From Camelus dromedarius (Eukaryota), in contig NC_087436.1 of NCBI RefSeq assembly GCF_036321535.1, positions 104,472,001 to 104,536,000 of the forward strand: a DNA stretch of 64,000 bases, in the 5' to 3' direction. The notes beneath the pieces are model-generated. The model was not told the origin of the DNA, ran no database searches, and saw only the letters and a program-made list of their open reading frames with translations. Both the position numbers and the translations under genes were made by a program. This document shows, one piece after another, positions 1 through 13,290 of this stretch. Numbering within the stretch: the stretch's first letter is position 1; every line of letters starts with the position of its first letter.

Positions 1-419
1 ATATTATGCCTATTTCCGTTTCTATCTAAATAGATCTCAGTACTTACATTCCTCATGTCAGAGATTACATACTAATCTGTGTAATATTATCATATTTTAA
101 ATCCCTGTTTAAATCAAATGGGCTGGGGGGAAAGTTATGGATTTTAATAGAATAAAGCAAAAAAATTTCAAGCAATTATTTAGGTAATCCAAAATTAATG
201 TATAAAACACTTTCATTTACTGCAGGAAAGTCCCCTTCCTTTATTAACTACCTTCGGTTTGTGCAAGTAAATTAGTTCATCTCCCCTAAGTATCAACAGT
301 TTAAAGCAAAAGTCATTCAAAATCGTGTTTCCTGCCAAGAGCTTGTCTGCCTTGACATTTTTAAACCTCTCACCATGCAAAATCCAGAAGTCATACAAGT
401 GACTTATCCTGTGCATACA

Positions 420-910
420 TCATCTCCCAGTCTTACACCCAAAAGCTGTTCCTCATTTCAAATGAAGGCAACCCTGGAACTGCCATTGTTCAGGCCAGAA
501 CCTGTGGGTTAGCTTTGACTCCTGTCTTTACTTCACATACCATATCTAATCTATGCATATTCTGCCTCAGGGTCTTTACATTTGCTGTTCCTTCTTGCTG
601 GAATGTTATTCCCACATAAAAACATGCCTCAAATTCTCACCTTATCCTTAAGATCCTTTCCTCAAGTGTCACCATCTCAAAGAGACCTGTTGCAACCCCT
701 TCCTGACATTCCCTACCCTACTCCCAACATTCTTTTTCTTCTAAAGCCCTTATCTCGATAAATATTTAATTTATTTGGTTTTTGTCTGTCTCTCTCACTA
801 AAATGTAACCTCTACACACTGGCAGAGGTACACATATTTTTTTGGTCTGTTTTGTCCTCTGGTATATCCTAGCTCCTGGAACACAGCTGGCACTCAGAAA
901 TCTTTGAATA
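420..910 (+). mobile_element. L2 fragment (3' region)
   Basis: Motifs cctcagggtctttacatttgctgttccttct and tgtctgtctctctcactaaaatgtaa, typical of the L2 3' end. Confidence 0.6.
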
Positions 911-1459
911 TATCACTAGGACTCAGTCTGTCAGATGAGCCCAAACTGAGGGGAGAAGAGGTATTTCAGGATGTGAAGGGTTGATAATGATGTTTTCATT
1001 GACTGATTTGTTTCAGCACATCACAAATTACCTATTTAATGACCTCAACGCTCAGGAAACAGGTGAGGGTTTTAAGATAACTTCTGCAACAAAAGAGGTA
1101 CTGGAGATAATACTAATAATTAAAGCACATTAAATAAATGGCAGAAGGGTACCTCTTCCTCCTAGTACTCCCTCTTTACCAAGCAAAAATAATGAGTAAT
1201 CAGATATGGATATAATAAAAGAGTCAAAAAGATAGAAATAACCAAGACAACTTTTAAAAATACAGATTTACATCTGTTATCAATAACTTCACCCTATGTA
1301 TAAATTTTGCCCCAAAATGTGTAAATGAGTGTAAAGCAATCATAATTAGTAAAATACTTAAAATTTTAGGTACATAAAATTTAATACATCTCTAGAGGTT
1401 GTGAGTCTTTGCTGGAAAGGTTTAAAGTCATGATTTTCAATTCAGTACTTTGGAAAATT

Positions 1460-2460
1460 TGGGTTTAGATGCATCTTTTATGATTTCTCATAAAACAATG
1501 TAAGAAGCCACATACCACAGGAAAACTTATTCCTTCTGTCATGGTAGAAGAGGCTGAAATATGACCTGGGGAATAACATGATCATAAACCAAAATGTATT
1601 TTCCTGTCAGTAAATTACTGTCTAAATAAGCACAGAAAACACTGTTGAAGATTATGAAGGGAGAAAAACTAGCATTAGAAAAAATTACACCACGTGGGAA
1701 ATTTGCCATAAAGTAGATTAAGTTACAGAGGTTTTTTTTCTAATGTGCCTCAGCTTATATAGCCTTTTCTAGCTTCTTAATGAAATGCAAAAATGTCTAA
1801 GAAAATATCTCTAGGAAAACATTCTCAACTGCCAGTTCACTCTATACTTTAATATTTACTGAGTGCCTTTTACATGACAGGCACTCTTCTAGGTACAAGG
1901 GATAGAGAACTGAGTAAGAGGACAAAGGAACTTGAGGGAGCTTCTTTGATCTCCTTAATTAAAGCTTTTTACAGACAATCAGTAAGAGTATTATCTGCTG
2001 TGAGAGTGGCTGCTTTAAACAAAATAAAGTAAGATTTCTATAAAAAGCTTACTGAGATCCCATCATACAAGAAACTCATTCATTTCACCTTTTCATTAGC
2101 AAGCAAAGAAAATCACAACAGAATGGCACAAAGTACTACCAGATGTCATGGATATGGCTAGCTCTAGAAAACAATATATCTTCATGAAATAGGGATAACC
2201 ATGAAAATCTTTTGTACACAGTTTGCTGTTTATCTCGTGGCAAAGCACTTGAAAGGGTTGTGAAACCTGATGAGCTACTCGTTTTTCTTATACAAGGTCC
2301 CCAAATTGATTACGTTTCCTATGAAGACATGCAGCTTCCTGCAGTATGCTATGGAGCAGTTATGTCTATAAAATTAAAACAATTTAAGGTAAACATGACA
2401 TTTAAACAACGGCTTTTCAGCTATGAAAATCACCTGATTTTCACAGAAATAAAGTGAACT
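1460..2460 (+). mobile_element. Decayed hAT-Charlie/Buster-type transposase fragment, interrupted by an L2 piece (~1850-1940)
   Basis: Ordered remnants KKPHTTG (1502), FAI.VD*VT (1702), LASK (~2093), LSRGKALERV..DELLVFL (2230-2289). They parallel KKPHTIGE / FALQLDESTD / REALASK / RWLSRGKVL of Buster-family transposases. Many stops and frameshifts. Confidence 0.75.
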
Positions 2461-2899
2461 TAGAACTAGCCCTTCGAATGACTCTCACAATTAACCAAGA
2501 CTTTTTAGAAGTAATTACGTATATTATGTGTAAACAATTTTAAAAATAACAAAATAAACTTAAATCGTAGTGAGAACGGTGTATTTGGCTTCACATGGAT
2601 CAACTAAATCCACTATCTCAGTTAATCACCAGGGACACCAAGCAAAAAATGAATAAAGGTCATCCCTTGAGGAGAAAAATGATACAGAATATTTTCTCTC
2701 ATTAAAATGGGATAGTCAATGCGGAAAGACTGAAAAATTAAGGGAATCAAGTTTATGAATGTCTTCATTGTCACAGCAGTATTGAATGTGTGTCCCCCTC
2801 CTCAACAAAACCGCTTTTACTGTAGACTTTCCATTAATAGATGAGCAACTGTATAATGTTATGGAAAAGGCCCTAATAGGAGTTTCAATCTAAGTTTCA

Positions 2900-3720
2900 C
2901 CCCTTCCATCTTTGTGTTCCTTCCAATTAGCATTTAAACAAGTCAAGCCTATTCCACCTTAAAAAGGTCCACCACAACACCTAGGTTCCATTCCCACCAA
3001 GTTCAGAATCACTGCTCTTGAAAGAATGGTCTCCACTCCCTCAACCCATGTCAGATCACATTATAGCTCCTACCAGTTCACTGAAATTGTTCTTGCCAAG
3101 GTCTTTCAAGTCCTAAATCTGGTGAGTATTTAGATTTATTTCATTTACCGTCTTTGGAGCATGTGACAGAAATGACCAGTGTCCCTCCTCCTAGAAGTAT
3201 TCTCTTCATTTTTGTGACGCTACATTGTCTAGGTTTTGTCCCACCTCTTTCATCATTAGCTTTCCTTTTCTGGTTTTTACATCTCTACCCATTCCTTAAA
3301 TGTTGATGCTCACTAGTGGTTTGTCTCTGCTTAACTCCAACCCTCTCCAAGGAGATTTTGCCCACTCGCAAGGTATTAATTACCATCTAACAGTCTTCAG
3401 GTATGGATTTCCAACCTTGACCTTTCTCCTAACAGGAATCTCTCCTCACAGGAAACACAGACATAATACATGTATGTAACTGGCCACTGGATATCTTCAT
3501 CTAACTCTCTCACAATGGCTTTAAACACAACATGCTGAAAACCAAAAACTTCTCCCCGTCAACACTAACTCAACTCCTCTACTGTGTCAGTTCATCTCAT
3601 CTCAGCAAATGGCACCACCATCCCCCACCCCCAACAACATGTGTAAAGCATCAGAATTTTTTTCCTTCTTGAAACACCCACCATGACTCTATTCACTCTT
3701 AAAACCTTCCCCAACCAATT
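2900..3720 (+). mobile_element. L2 fragment (ORF2-derived)
   Basis: cactgaaattgttcttgccaaggtc ... ggatatcttcatcta ... aaatggcaccaccatcc, typical of L2. Confidence 0.6.
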
Positions 3721-6700
3721 ATATTAAAGAAATAAAGTCCCACTCTATCTTTCCAAAAGGTAACCTATCCTCACAAATTTTGTCCCTAGATTCCTTTCAG
3801 ATGGCATCAAGAAATGACTTCAAAACAGACATTTCTCACTATAGAGTAAACACAGCTGACAAACACAAAGTTTTTAGAATCTTAATAGCTGACTTACGCT
3901 TTTGAAATTTCAGGAGCATAAGTATACATGTGGATCCCCAAAATGTGTGAGTGTGTGTTTTAAAATGTCCAAAAGGAGAAGGAAAACAGACACATTAAAA
4001 AGGGGGAAGATAATCCTATTAATAACAAGTAAAGTCTCAAAAAAAAGCTTCATATTAAGAGCTGAAAAAAAGATATGATTTTTGTAATTTTAAGTCCCCA
4101 CATCACTGTAGTCTCTGAAAAATCTTCCTCGTCCACCACAGAAACCTATCCTTAATCCTAACAAAAACCTCCCAATGCCTCAAAGCCCAGCATGGGCTAG
4201 TCACATGCCAAGCAGAAATTAAACTAACACGCTGAATGTCAGAGCTAATGAAAGTCAAAAAGTGGAAGAGGTAGCTAAGGCATCCCTGAGAGGATAGCTA
4301 GGGCATCAGTATCCATTACTAGGTGGCTTCTCTCACAGGAGCAGACTACGTTCCCCCAGAAACATGGGAATTACATATACTTCCAACCTTTAGACCTTGT
4401 CAAGTTCACTAAGTCATTTTAACGTCTACGTCATATTCTATTACCAGGTGTCATCTTTCAAAAGTATACCAAGTTGGTGTGATTAGGAAATTGTCCAACG
4501 TAAACAGGAACCTCAGTAGGCAATGTTAGGGACCAGTGCCGGAAAAGCCATCTGTTTGATGGAAATAATATTTCTACTTCCCTAGTGATTACAGCTACTA
4601 GTGACAACTGTGAAATCCCAAGAGACGAAAAGAAAATTTAACTGCCTCAAAACTTTAATTATTCATATAAACTAGCCAAGAAATTAAAGTTAAATGTTAC
4701 ACGAAGGGCTCTCTAACCCCCTAATATTTTTTTGACTAATTATTCCATTGGTAGTCTACATCTGCTCTGCTAAAGTTTGGTTATGAATCACAAGTAACTC
4801 ACTGGGAATGCTCTTGTATCTAAACTGACTATGGATAATAACTACAATTCACAAAAACTCTTGTTTCCAATGTGTACAAAATCCTCCTGAAACCATGTCC
4901 CACACAATAAAATAGATGTTCCAGTCAAAGTCTAAACGCTATTAACCACTAGGAAGAATAGGACTAAATTTAACAACAAAAAGTTAATTTTAACAGCATA
5001 TTCAATTTGTACCTTTTGAGTATCTTCAATATAATCAGGAAGCATGTTAAACACTGCCTTTACAAATCAAGTGAATTTATTAGGATTATTTAACTACACA
5101 AATAGTTCAGAGATTTGCAAATACATACTCTAATACTCTAAGATCTTCAGAAATACTGACCACAATCCTACATACACAGTTGTGGGGTTTTTTTTGGTCA
5201 GGGAGCCTCATTTGTTTCAACTATCGCTCTTCCACCCTTTTTTTTGGGAAATAAACATTTTCTAAAATTCTTTTATTTTGAGAAATTTATCTTCCAGATT
5301 ATTTTGATAGAAAATACCAAGGCTCCCATATTTCCTGTAGCTCAGCTCCTGGTGTGGTCTTTAGTATCTTAGAGTAAAACTACTTTTAATAACTTATAGT
5401 TAACTATTTGGACCTGCTCGACAACATATTAAAACCATACACTTTTGAAATGGAAAAGAGATATATGCACTGTACCTAAAGCTACATGTCTGAGCTAATC
5501 ATATTAAGTAGAAAATACTTAATTCCAAACAATCCAACATTCATAGCTTTAGATAGTAGACACAGTAAGACTTCATCCCTAAGTGCTATTACACACAGTA
5601 ATTGTTGAGAGCAAAAATATCTGATGACAGAAACCATGTCTATAAAACATCCTAAAATTATAATTTGCCTTTACAGTACACATATCCAAGGAATAAATTT
5701 AAAGAAAGATCATCAAAAAGTCAAGCAAAACATTCCAAATTTCTTCAAAGTCATAAGGAATAAAGAACAGAAGCAGAAATGGCTGCTCCAAAGATTCCCA
5801 GAATAGAAACACTCTCTCAGTTGGTACTATCCTAACTCACCCCCCTCAATCACCCTTAGGGATTCACAAATAACAAACACAGAATTCACTGCAACTGTGG
5901 CTACAATTTATAAGCAGCCTTTCATTGCTCCATAAAGGCTCATCATTGTAGATATTCACCAGTTTTTAAGCTACATCCACAGCTGCTGTCTCAGTTAGAA
6001 AAACAACAAAATTTGACAGCAAAAACTTTAAAGTAACATTTATAGAATAGTCTTACATAAAACAAAACTCAAAGTACTCCAGTACAACATAAAGAATGAA
6101 TCTGGAGTACCAGAAACATGAGACTCTTGAGTTACTTTTAACAGAAATACCTTTACAAAAATAGTATCATTTTTAACTTAAAGCCTAGATCAAAGATATC
6201 ATTTGTGAAGTAGGAATATTATACTAAATTAGTTGGTGGTGAATAGAATCTGTTTCACCACCAGTCTGTTCTTTCCATAATCTTTCTTCCAAAATCACAT
6301 ACTAAAATTCAGAGACAAAAATCTCACATAAAACTGTTCTAATTAACACATTATAAACCAACTATATTTCAATTTAAAAAAAAAAAACTTCTAAAAAAAT
6401 AAAGTCTACTTTTTAAAAAATCCCACATAAACCAATTTCCTGTTCAACTTTACCCTCCCGCCTCAGATCTATTCTCTGCCTAAACTGAGGGAAGGGGCTC
6501 CCCTGCTTGGTGAGCACAGCCAATCATGTGTTGATGAATGACTAAGAGTTAACCAGATGTGGGGCAGGGAGGGGGGACGCCCAGCAGCATCACCGCATGG
6601 CTACATTACACAACCACTAAAAGACTTTCATGGCAATGAACCTGGAATCCAAAAACATGAGTCTGAATTTCAACTTTCCCAGTAACTAGCAGGTGAACTT

Positions 6701-6904
6701 AGTGTTCCTCTGTTTTACAGAAACTTAACCATCTTCCTAACCAGACAACACTAAGGGTTAAACGTAAAGACAGACCTCAATTCTACTGAGTAATAGATTA
6801 TATTTATACTGGGGGGCCCATTAAACTTTATAACATATAGTAGTAAAAGAAGAATTTCAAATCAATGAGAAAAGGATAGAGCATTCAAAAAGTGATGTTA
6901 CAAC

Positions 6905-7615
6905 ACTTCATTCATTCTTCCAACAAATACTTATTGAGTACCTACTATGTACCAAGCACTGTATTCTAGTAGGGGAGAGTAATCAATAAAAAGGCAAATA
7001 ACATATACTGTTAGAAGTTGATACATGCAAGTGAGAAAAATAAAACAGGGAAGGAGCGTAGAATGTAGGATAAAAAGCAAGATAAATATGGTAAAATCAG
7101 AAAGCACCAGACAGAAGACCAGGAAAAAGGTGCCAGTGAGGTGGGAAACCAGAAGTGAGTTTCTGAACCCAGAAGCCAAATGAACAGAATGAACAAGAAG
7201 GGAGAGGTCTAAGATGTCAAATGCTGCTGATCAAGTCAAGTCGAATAGCATCTGGAAAAAACTGACCACTACACTCACCTATGTGGAAGGTACTGGTAAT
7301 CTTGAGAAGAGCAGTTTTGTTGATGTGATGGACACAAAAGCCAGGCTGAAGAAGGTTTAGAGGGGATGGAGTATGAGTAATTGCAGATAGAAAGAACCCT
7401 TCATAGAAGTTTGTTGCAAAGGAAAAAGAGAAATCAGAACTAGAGGGGAGTGCGGAGTCCAGAGGAGAAATAACAGCATGTTTGTATATTGTCAAGAATG
7501 CTCCACTAGAAAGGTAAAAATTGAGAGCAGAGAGAGAGGCAAGGTTAGCTTGCCTAGTCCAATGTCCTAGAGTAGCTGAGAAGGAAAGGGATCTAGGGCA
7601 CAAGTGGACAGCTTG
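6905..7615 (-). mobile_element. L2 fragments
   Basis: ttcattcattc..caacaaatacttattgagtacctactatgtaccaagcactg tail, plus gtcaaatgctgctga...gtaatcttgagaagagcagtttt body. Confidence 0.65.
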
Positions 7616-7636
7616 CCCTTAAAGAGGAGTCCCTCA

Positions 7637-7820
7637 CAGTGACTTGTAAACTTCCGGAGGCTTCAGAATCACCTTGGAGAGCTTGCTGAAACAGAGTGCT
7701 GGACTCCAGAGCTTCTGATACAAGAGGCTGGGACAGAGGGGAAGAATCTGCATTTCTAACCAGTTCCCAGAGTATCCTATTGCTGTGGTCCAAGAACCTC
7801 ATTTGAAGAACCACAGCTCT
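7637..7820. mobile_element. MER5A-like hAT MITE
   Basis: cagaatcaccttggagagcttgctgaaacagagtgctgg...aatctgcatttctaaccagttcccag...tttgaagaaccac. Confidence 0.7.
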
Positions 7821-7884
7821 AAATCAACAGATGGCAGGATGGAAAAAATTGAGTATATGAGAATAAATGCTGTACATTTCATTA

Positions 7885-8260
7885 TACATTTGGAAAATAT
7901 AAAGTCAGAGCCTACATCACATAATACATAGCTAAATAAATAAATAAATATCCTCTCAGAAGGGTTAAAAAGGGCTATATCATGTTTTAATTTCTAAAAG
8001 AACATATACAAGAAAAACACATACAAGAACGCTTTCAAAGTCTTAGAGTAAGGAAGGTAAGCAAAACACAAAGCCAAAGGAAGAGCTACAAATTTGACTA
8101 CATAAAAACTTTAAACTCCTATAAAACAGTAAACAAATAAAACTAAACGACAAATTAAAAACTTAAGAGAAAATACTCAATATAAAATTGACAAAGAGTA
8201 TTATCGGGAAAATAAAAAGTTCTTACACAAAATGAGAAAAAGACATATACTTCACAATGA
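7885..8260 (+). mobile_element. Old L1 (L1M) ORF2-derived fragment
   Basis: A-rich; aaatttgactacataaaaactttaaac and related L1 motifs. Confidence 0.5.
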
Positions 8261-8689
8261 ATAATAGTTTTACAAATATCAATCTAAACATATAAGGTGA
8301 TGATACAGACAGAAAGTCAAACAATAGATAAGACAAGAAGAGAAAGACAAAGAATACAAACCACAATATTTAAGACTGAAGGAGTAAGTAGAGAAGATGG
8401 AATGTTCAAGAGACAAGATAACAAGTCTTAGCAGTCAAAAATAAAGACATCATGGTGAACAAAAACAATGGGTGTAGAAAAACTAAACAGGCTGATAACT
8501 GAAATGAGGTTTTGGGATCCAGTTGAAGGGTTATTTCTTGACGGCCTAGGATGAAAAACCAGTGTAATAAAAATGATGTAAGTGATAAAGAAAAGATCTG
8601 GCAGTGCCTTAAATGAGAGGTAAGAAAGGAAATCGATAGTAAGCAATTCTTACAGACCAGCCTAGCCTGGCAGCTCCTTTGCAAATATA

Positions 8690-8800
8690 TATTAATTTGA
8701 TCCTCATTAGAATTCTGAGATACGCTCTCCATTTTACAAATGGGGAAACTTAAGCTTACAACACAATTATGTAACTTGCCCAAAGCCATATAGTGTGTAT
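8690..8800 (-). mobile_element. MIR fragment
   Basis: ccattttacaaatggggaaactt...gtaacttgcccaaagccatatag core. Confidence 0.65.
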
Positions 8801-11384
8801 AACAAAATAATTAAATGGCCTGAAAATTGGTCTTAAGGCAGAAAAGGAGGATTAACTGATAGAACACTTCCCAGAAGGACTTAACACAATTATTCGTAAA
8901 ATTATACAAAATTTTAAAGGTAAATGATACTTCAGAGAACTCTTTAAGTTCAAACACTTGTCAAGTCTATTTCTGAATGCATTTCTAGAACATAAATTTA
9001 TTTTTAAAGTAATCTAATAGGGAAGAATACAATCTCCTTTACCTTAAAGCCTTCTATAAGGCTTACTTATATCTGGGACTGTCTTGTCACCTAGTAGAGA
9101 GCCTGGAAGCTTTCAAATGATTACCATTTAGGTGGAGAAATAAACAAAAGTTGAGTACAGGGCAGTGTAATGGCAAAGGCAGAAGCAAAGCTGTGTGAAC
9201 CTGAGTTAAATCACTAATCTCTGACCCTCAGACTTCTCCGTAAAATGGAGATACTGTCTCCCTTCACAGTGTAATTAAGGACTCTGCAGATATTCAAGAA
9301 AACATCAGTTCCCTAATCCCCTTAAATATTATGTTTACTAAACTACTGACATTTTTAGTATAAAACAGAATGTTAGCATTTCCACTTAAGACAAAAAAAG
9401 TTGAAGAATATACTTCTAATTGATAACAGTAGTTAATTTCCTAGTAGAAGACTGAAGTGGCTCACTTTACATGACATATTTAAATAACTGGAATTTCACA
9501 TAACGTTATTTTTCTAATTAGAAAAATAATCAAAATCAGCGTTTACGTATGACTTAACCCTTAAGAAAAACTTCCACATCAAGATAGTCACTTCTCTGAA
9601 ATAATTACAGAAACAAAGTAAAATGGAACAAATATAAATTAACTGCATACCTAAGCTACCAGGTGACTTTTAATTCTAATGCAATTTAAAAGATACTTAA
9701 TTTACCAACTGACAACTTCCAGGAGTTAAAGCTAAGAAACTAGGTTCAAGTGAATGACATGCCACTAAATTCTATATTCAAATGTACACATCACATTATA
9801 TCATAGAGGAAGGCCAGGATGAAAAATGATTACCAATAATTATGGAATAATCTTTGAAAGCTACAGCTATCAGGATTTGTTTTTTTAACAGTGAAGCAGC
9901 AACTCCCGCTAATTCTGTACTATCCATTTAATCAAACAATGACATTCATTATTATAAGCTGTAAGTAAATTACCAAACCAAAACTATCACTACTATCTTT
10001 GGAATGCTGAAATTAATTTAATTTACTTCCTTGACTTATGAATAAGCATAGATGATGGATACAATAGCTTTAATGAATTCCATAGTCAAGAGGGTAATAC
10101 TGTCCTGACAGAAATACACTAGAAAACTCACTGCATGAAAATCATCAGGTTCATAAACAAGCCCATCTTTCAGTATACAGTCTCAAAGTGTGGCCTCCTT
10201 CTCTCTATGACAATCTGTCTTCTTTCTCAATCTCCTCTTCTCTCCTTCCATTTTCTCTTCCAGAGGCTTTGGGAACAGCCAACTGCAATTTAGTGCAGGT
10301 AGCAGAACTAAGAAGCTACAGAGGCAAGAGGCAGAAACTAGAGCGAACCAGACGTGAACCCAGGCAGTTCTTGAGTAGGGATAACTAGAGCAGAGTGGGT
10401 GAGGAGGTGTGCGGGCCCTCTTGGTCAGTCTGAAATACAGAACAAGGTAAAGAAAGCAAGCAGCACCAGCAACGGGAAAACAGCAAAGGAGGAAAGAACC
10501 GGCAGGCTCAGAGCTGACCGTTTATTAAGCAACATTGGCAGTAACACTCCCAGGCTTGGAGCGGAGAGATCTGTACTCTTGGTCTAAATTCACACACAAA
10601 AAGGAGAGGAAAGTATTTTAAAAAACAAAGTGCATGTAACTTTAAAAGGCAGCTCAGAGGTATAAACAGAAAAGTGTAAAAGACCAGCATAATTCTCTCT
10701 CCAAAAGACAAATCAGGAACTAGTCTCAGCCATTAACTAACTGATTAACGTTATTTAATCTGTCTGTGCCTGTGTTTAAATGAGTGGTTACTTTAGAATG
10801 TATGATTAACAAGGTATTTTCTAGGTCTGCAGTTTCCTGAATCTAATGGATTTAATAATCTATTAACATTTGTCACACAGGATGTAGTTACATTCTATGA
10901 TATGTTACTCCACAACAGGGGGAGTACAATATACCAGAATATAAATAAGAGAATATAGAACCATAGCCCAGTATCCCTACAGACCACACTTCATTATCTT
11001 TCATGAAATCCAGGAAGAAAAAAATTCCCAGTCTTCCCCTTTAAAGCAATCGACATACAGTCTTAAGAAAAAACAATGCCTAATATCTAACCAGCAGGCT
11101 TCACTTTAAATACATTCAAAGATGGAGAATTTGGTCACTTGTGGATTTCACTGACCTTGACTTCAGCTTCTTTCTAGAGGACATATTCTAATGCCATTAT
11201 GCTTTTCTATTTTTCAACACTCTTAAGTGAGGTTAGGTATTTGCTATATGTTCCATAACCCGCTTCAAAAAGTATAGTCTAGAAGTGGCACAAAATTGAC
11301 CATAACCCAGGGAAGTGAGTTTATCCATGAATTCTGCATAGAAAAATCAGTCTATGATAAATGTCAGCCCTATCACTTAGACCA

Positions 11385-11402
11385 AGTGCCACCTAGTGGC
11401 AA
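11385..11402 (-). promoter_or_regulatory. CTCF motif
   Basis: Minus strand TTGCCACTAGGTGGCACT fits the CTCF core CCASYAGRKGGCR. Confidence 0.65.
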
Positions 11403-12137
11403 GTGTTATATATTAGTAAATCCATTCAACTCATGTTCATTCAGCAAGCAACAATCTGGCAGCTAGCAGTTGCTCCTTAATTATGCAATATAAGTAAAAT
11501 ATTGGTCATGTCCTTAGGAAGCTTGCTGAAAGATTAGATAAACAGATATAGACAGAGAAATATAAAATAGGTATATTTATATAATTGTAGAAAGATGTCA
11601 CCACGTAAGTATGCAAATATTCAGTATTTAAAAGCTAAAAGAAAGAAAACAGATAGGTTCTCTTACACCTGTTCATCTCACTCAGACTTTCCCAACTGTA
11701 ATTACTTCATTACCCAAGTTTTGATCGTTCAGTTGTTTTTTTTCTCCCCACCTTCTCTTCCACGCTTCTTCCCACCCCCATCTGATAATCTTTAAATTCT
11801 ATTCTAGAAAGAGGGGAGGAGGAGGACCTATTTATGGAGCACCTACTACTCCTAGAACCAAGCTAGGCATTTCATATCCAGTATCTCTTTTAAACCTCAT
11901 ATCAATACCATTGAGTATTATTTTCTCCCTTTTTTTAGACAAAGGCAAGACTTAGATTACATGACACACTCAGAGCCACAAGATTTAGACACTGCATTGA
12001 TTCCAAAGCTCCCTATACCACCCTGCCTCAAAAAGAGCTACTTTGTTCTTTCCATTCTTAGGCCTTGCACCAAGATCAGACCTTGATTATATACATCTCT
12101 CTTATGGTCTCCATCAACTCCAATCTATTTTACACTA

Positions 12138-12328
12138 CAACTGACCCTCGAACAGCATGGGTCCACTTACACACGGATTTTTTCCAACAGTAAATACTAC
12201 AGTAGCACATGATTCAAGTGGGCCGAATTCGAGGATGTGAAACCACAGGTACTGTGGAACCTTGGATACTCGAGGGCCCACTGTAACTCACACACCCGTA
12301 GCCCCCCATGTTGTTTAAGTGTCAACTG
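12138..12328. mobile_element. Tigger3-like (TcMar) MITE with TIRs and TA target duplication
   Basis: TA-CAACTGACCCTCGAACAGCATGGG ... CCCATGTTGTTTAAGTGTCAACTG-TA: 24-bp imperfect inverted termini. Confidence 0.8.
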
Positions 12329-12885
12329 TATTTTACATGCAGCCTCAACTCTTCAAACAGGCTCAGTGCCCCCAGCCCAATATCCCTGATTAATATTCAA
12401 ATTCTCAGCTTAGCACCCAAGGTCCTCCAAGAGGCCCCAACCAGTTTTCCAGTTTTATTTCCTACCACTCTCTATGAATTCTCCTCTCAACTTAAGAGAT
12501 AATGATTCACACCTGTGTTCCCACCAACATCTACATCTGTAACACTTATAATACACTTATAATACCCCTTATTGTCTGTATACTTTCCACTAAATCATGA
12601 GATTCACTGGACCACTTTTTAGCCATCTTTAAAGACCAGTATATAGCAGTCTTATACCTATCAAGTACTCAGCTGTTTCCTTAATAAATATAGTTATTAA
12701 AACCATTATAAAGGAGAACCACAAAGGCAGAGTTATACTCATTTCCCTTAACCCTTCCTTCATGTCTCAGGACCTCAGTGTTTCTATTTCCTCCAGGTGG
12801 TGCATGGATCAGGAGCTTTGTACAAAGCTATATAGTTTTTTGCATGAAAAATTTTTTCATACTCAAACCAAAAGTTAAATTATTT

Positions 12886-13290
12886 GAAAAAGTATGCTAG
12901 TAACTATGGAGACAATAAAAGTTCAGTGGTTGACAGGGGTAAGGGAGGAGCAAGCAGGGGACAGGCAGAGCACAAAGGATATTTTAGGGCAATGAAACTA
13001 CTCTGATACTACAATGGTAGATACGTTTGTAGAAACATTATACATTTGTCCAAACCCAAAGAATGTATACCAAGAGTGAACCCTAATGTAAACTATGGAC
13101 TTGGGGAGATAATAATGTGTTAACTTAAGTTCATCAATTGTAACAAATGTACCACTCTGTTGGGGGATGTTGGTAATAAAGACTATTTGTATGGAGGCAG
13201 GGAGTACATGGGAAATACCTGTAACCTTCCCCTAATTCTACTGTGAACCTAAAACTGCTCTAAAAATAAATTCCATAAAAAGAAAAAAAA
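12886..13290 (+). mobile_element. L1MC-type 3' UTR fragment (antisense to RBPJ)
   Basis: cattatacatttgtccaaaccca..gagtgaaccctaatgtaaactatggact..ctgtgaacctaaaactgctctaaaaataaa followed by an A-tail. Confidence 0.8.

Noticed and set aside
2212..2457. ORF with LSRGK motif as a possible domesticated transposase gene
   Set aside because: Surrounding motifs carry stops and frameshifts and an inserted L2; it is a fossil, not an intact ZBED-type gene.
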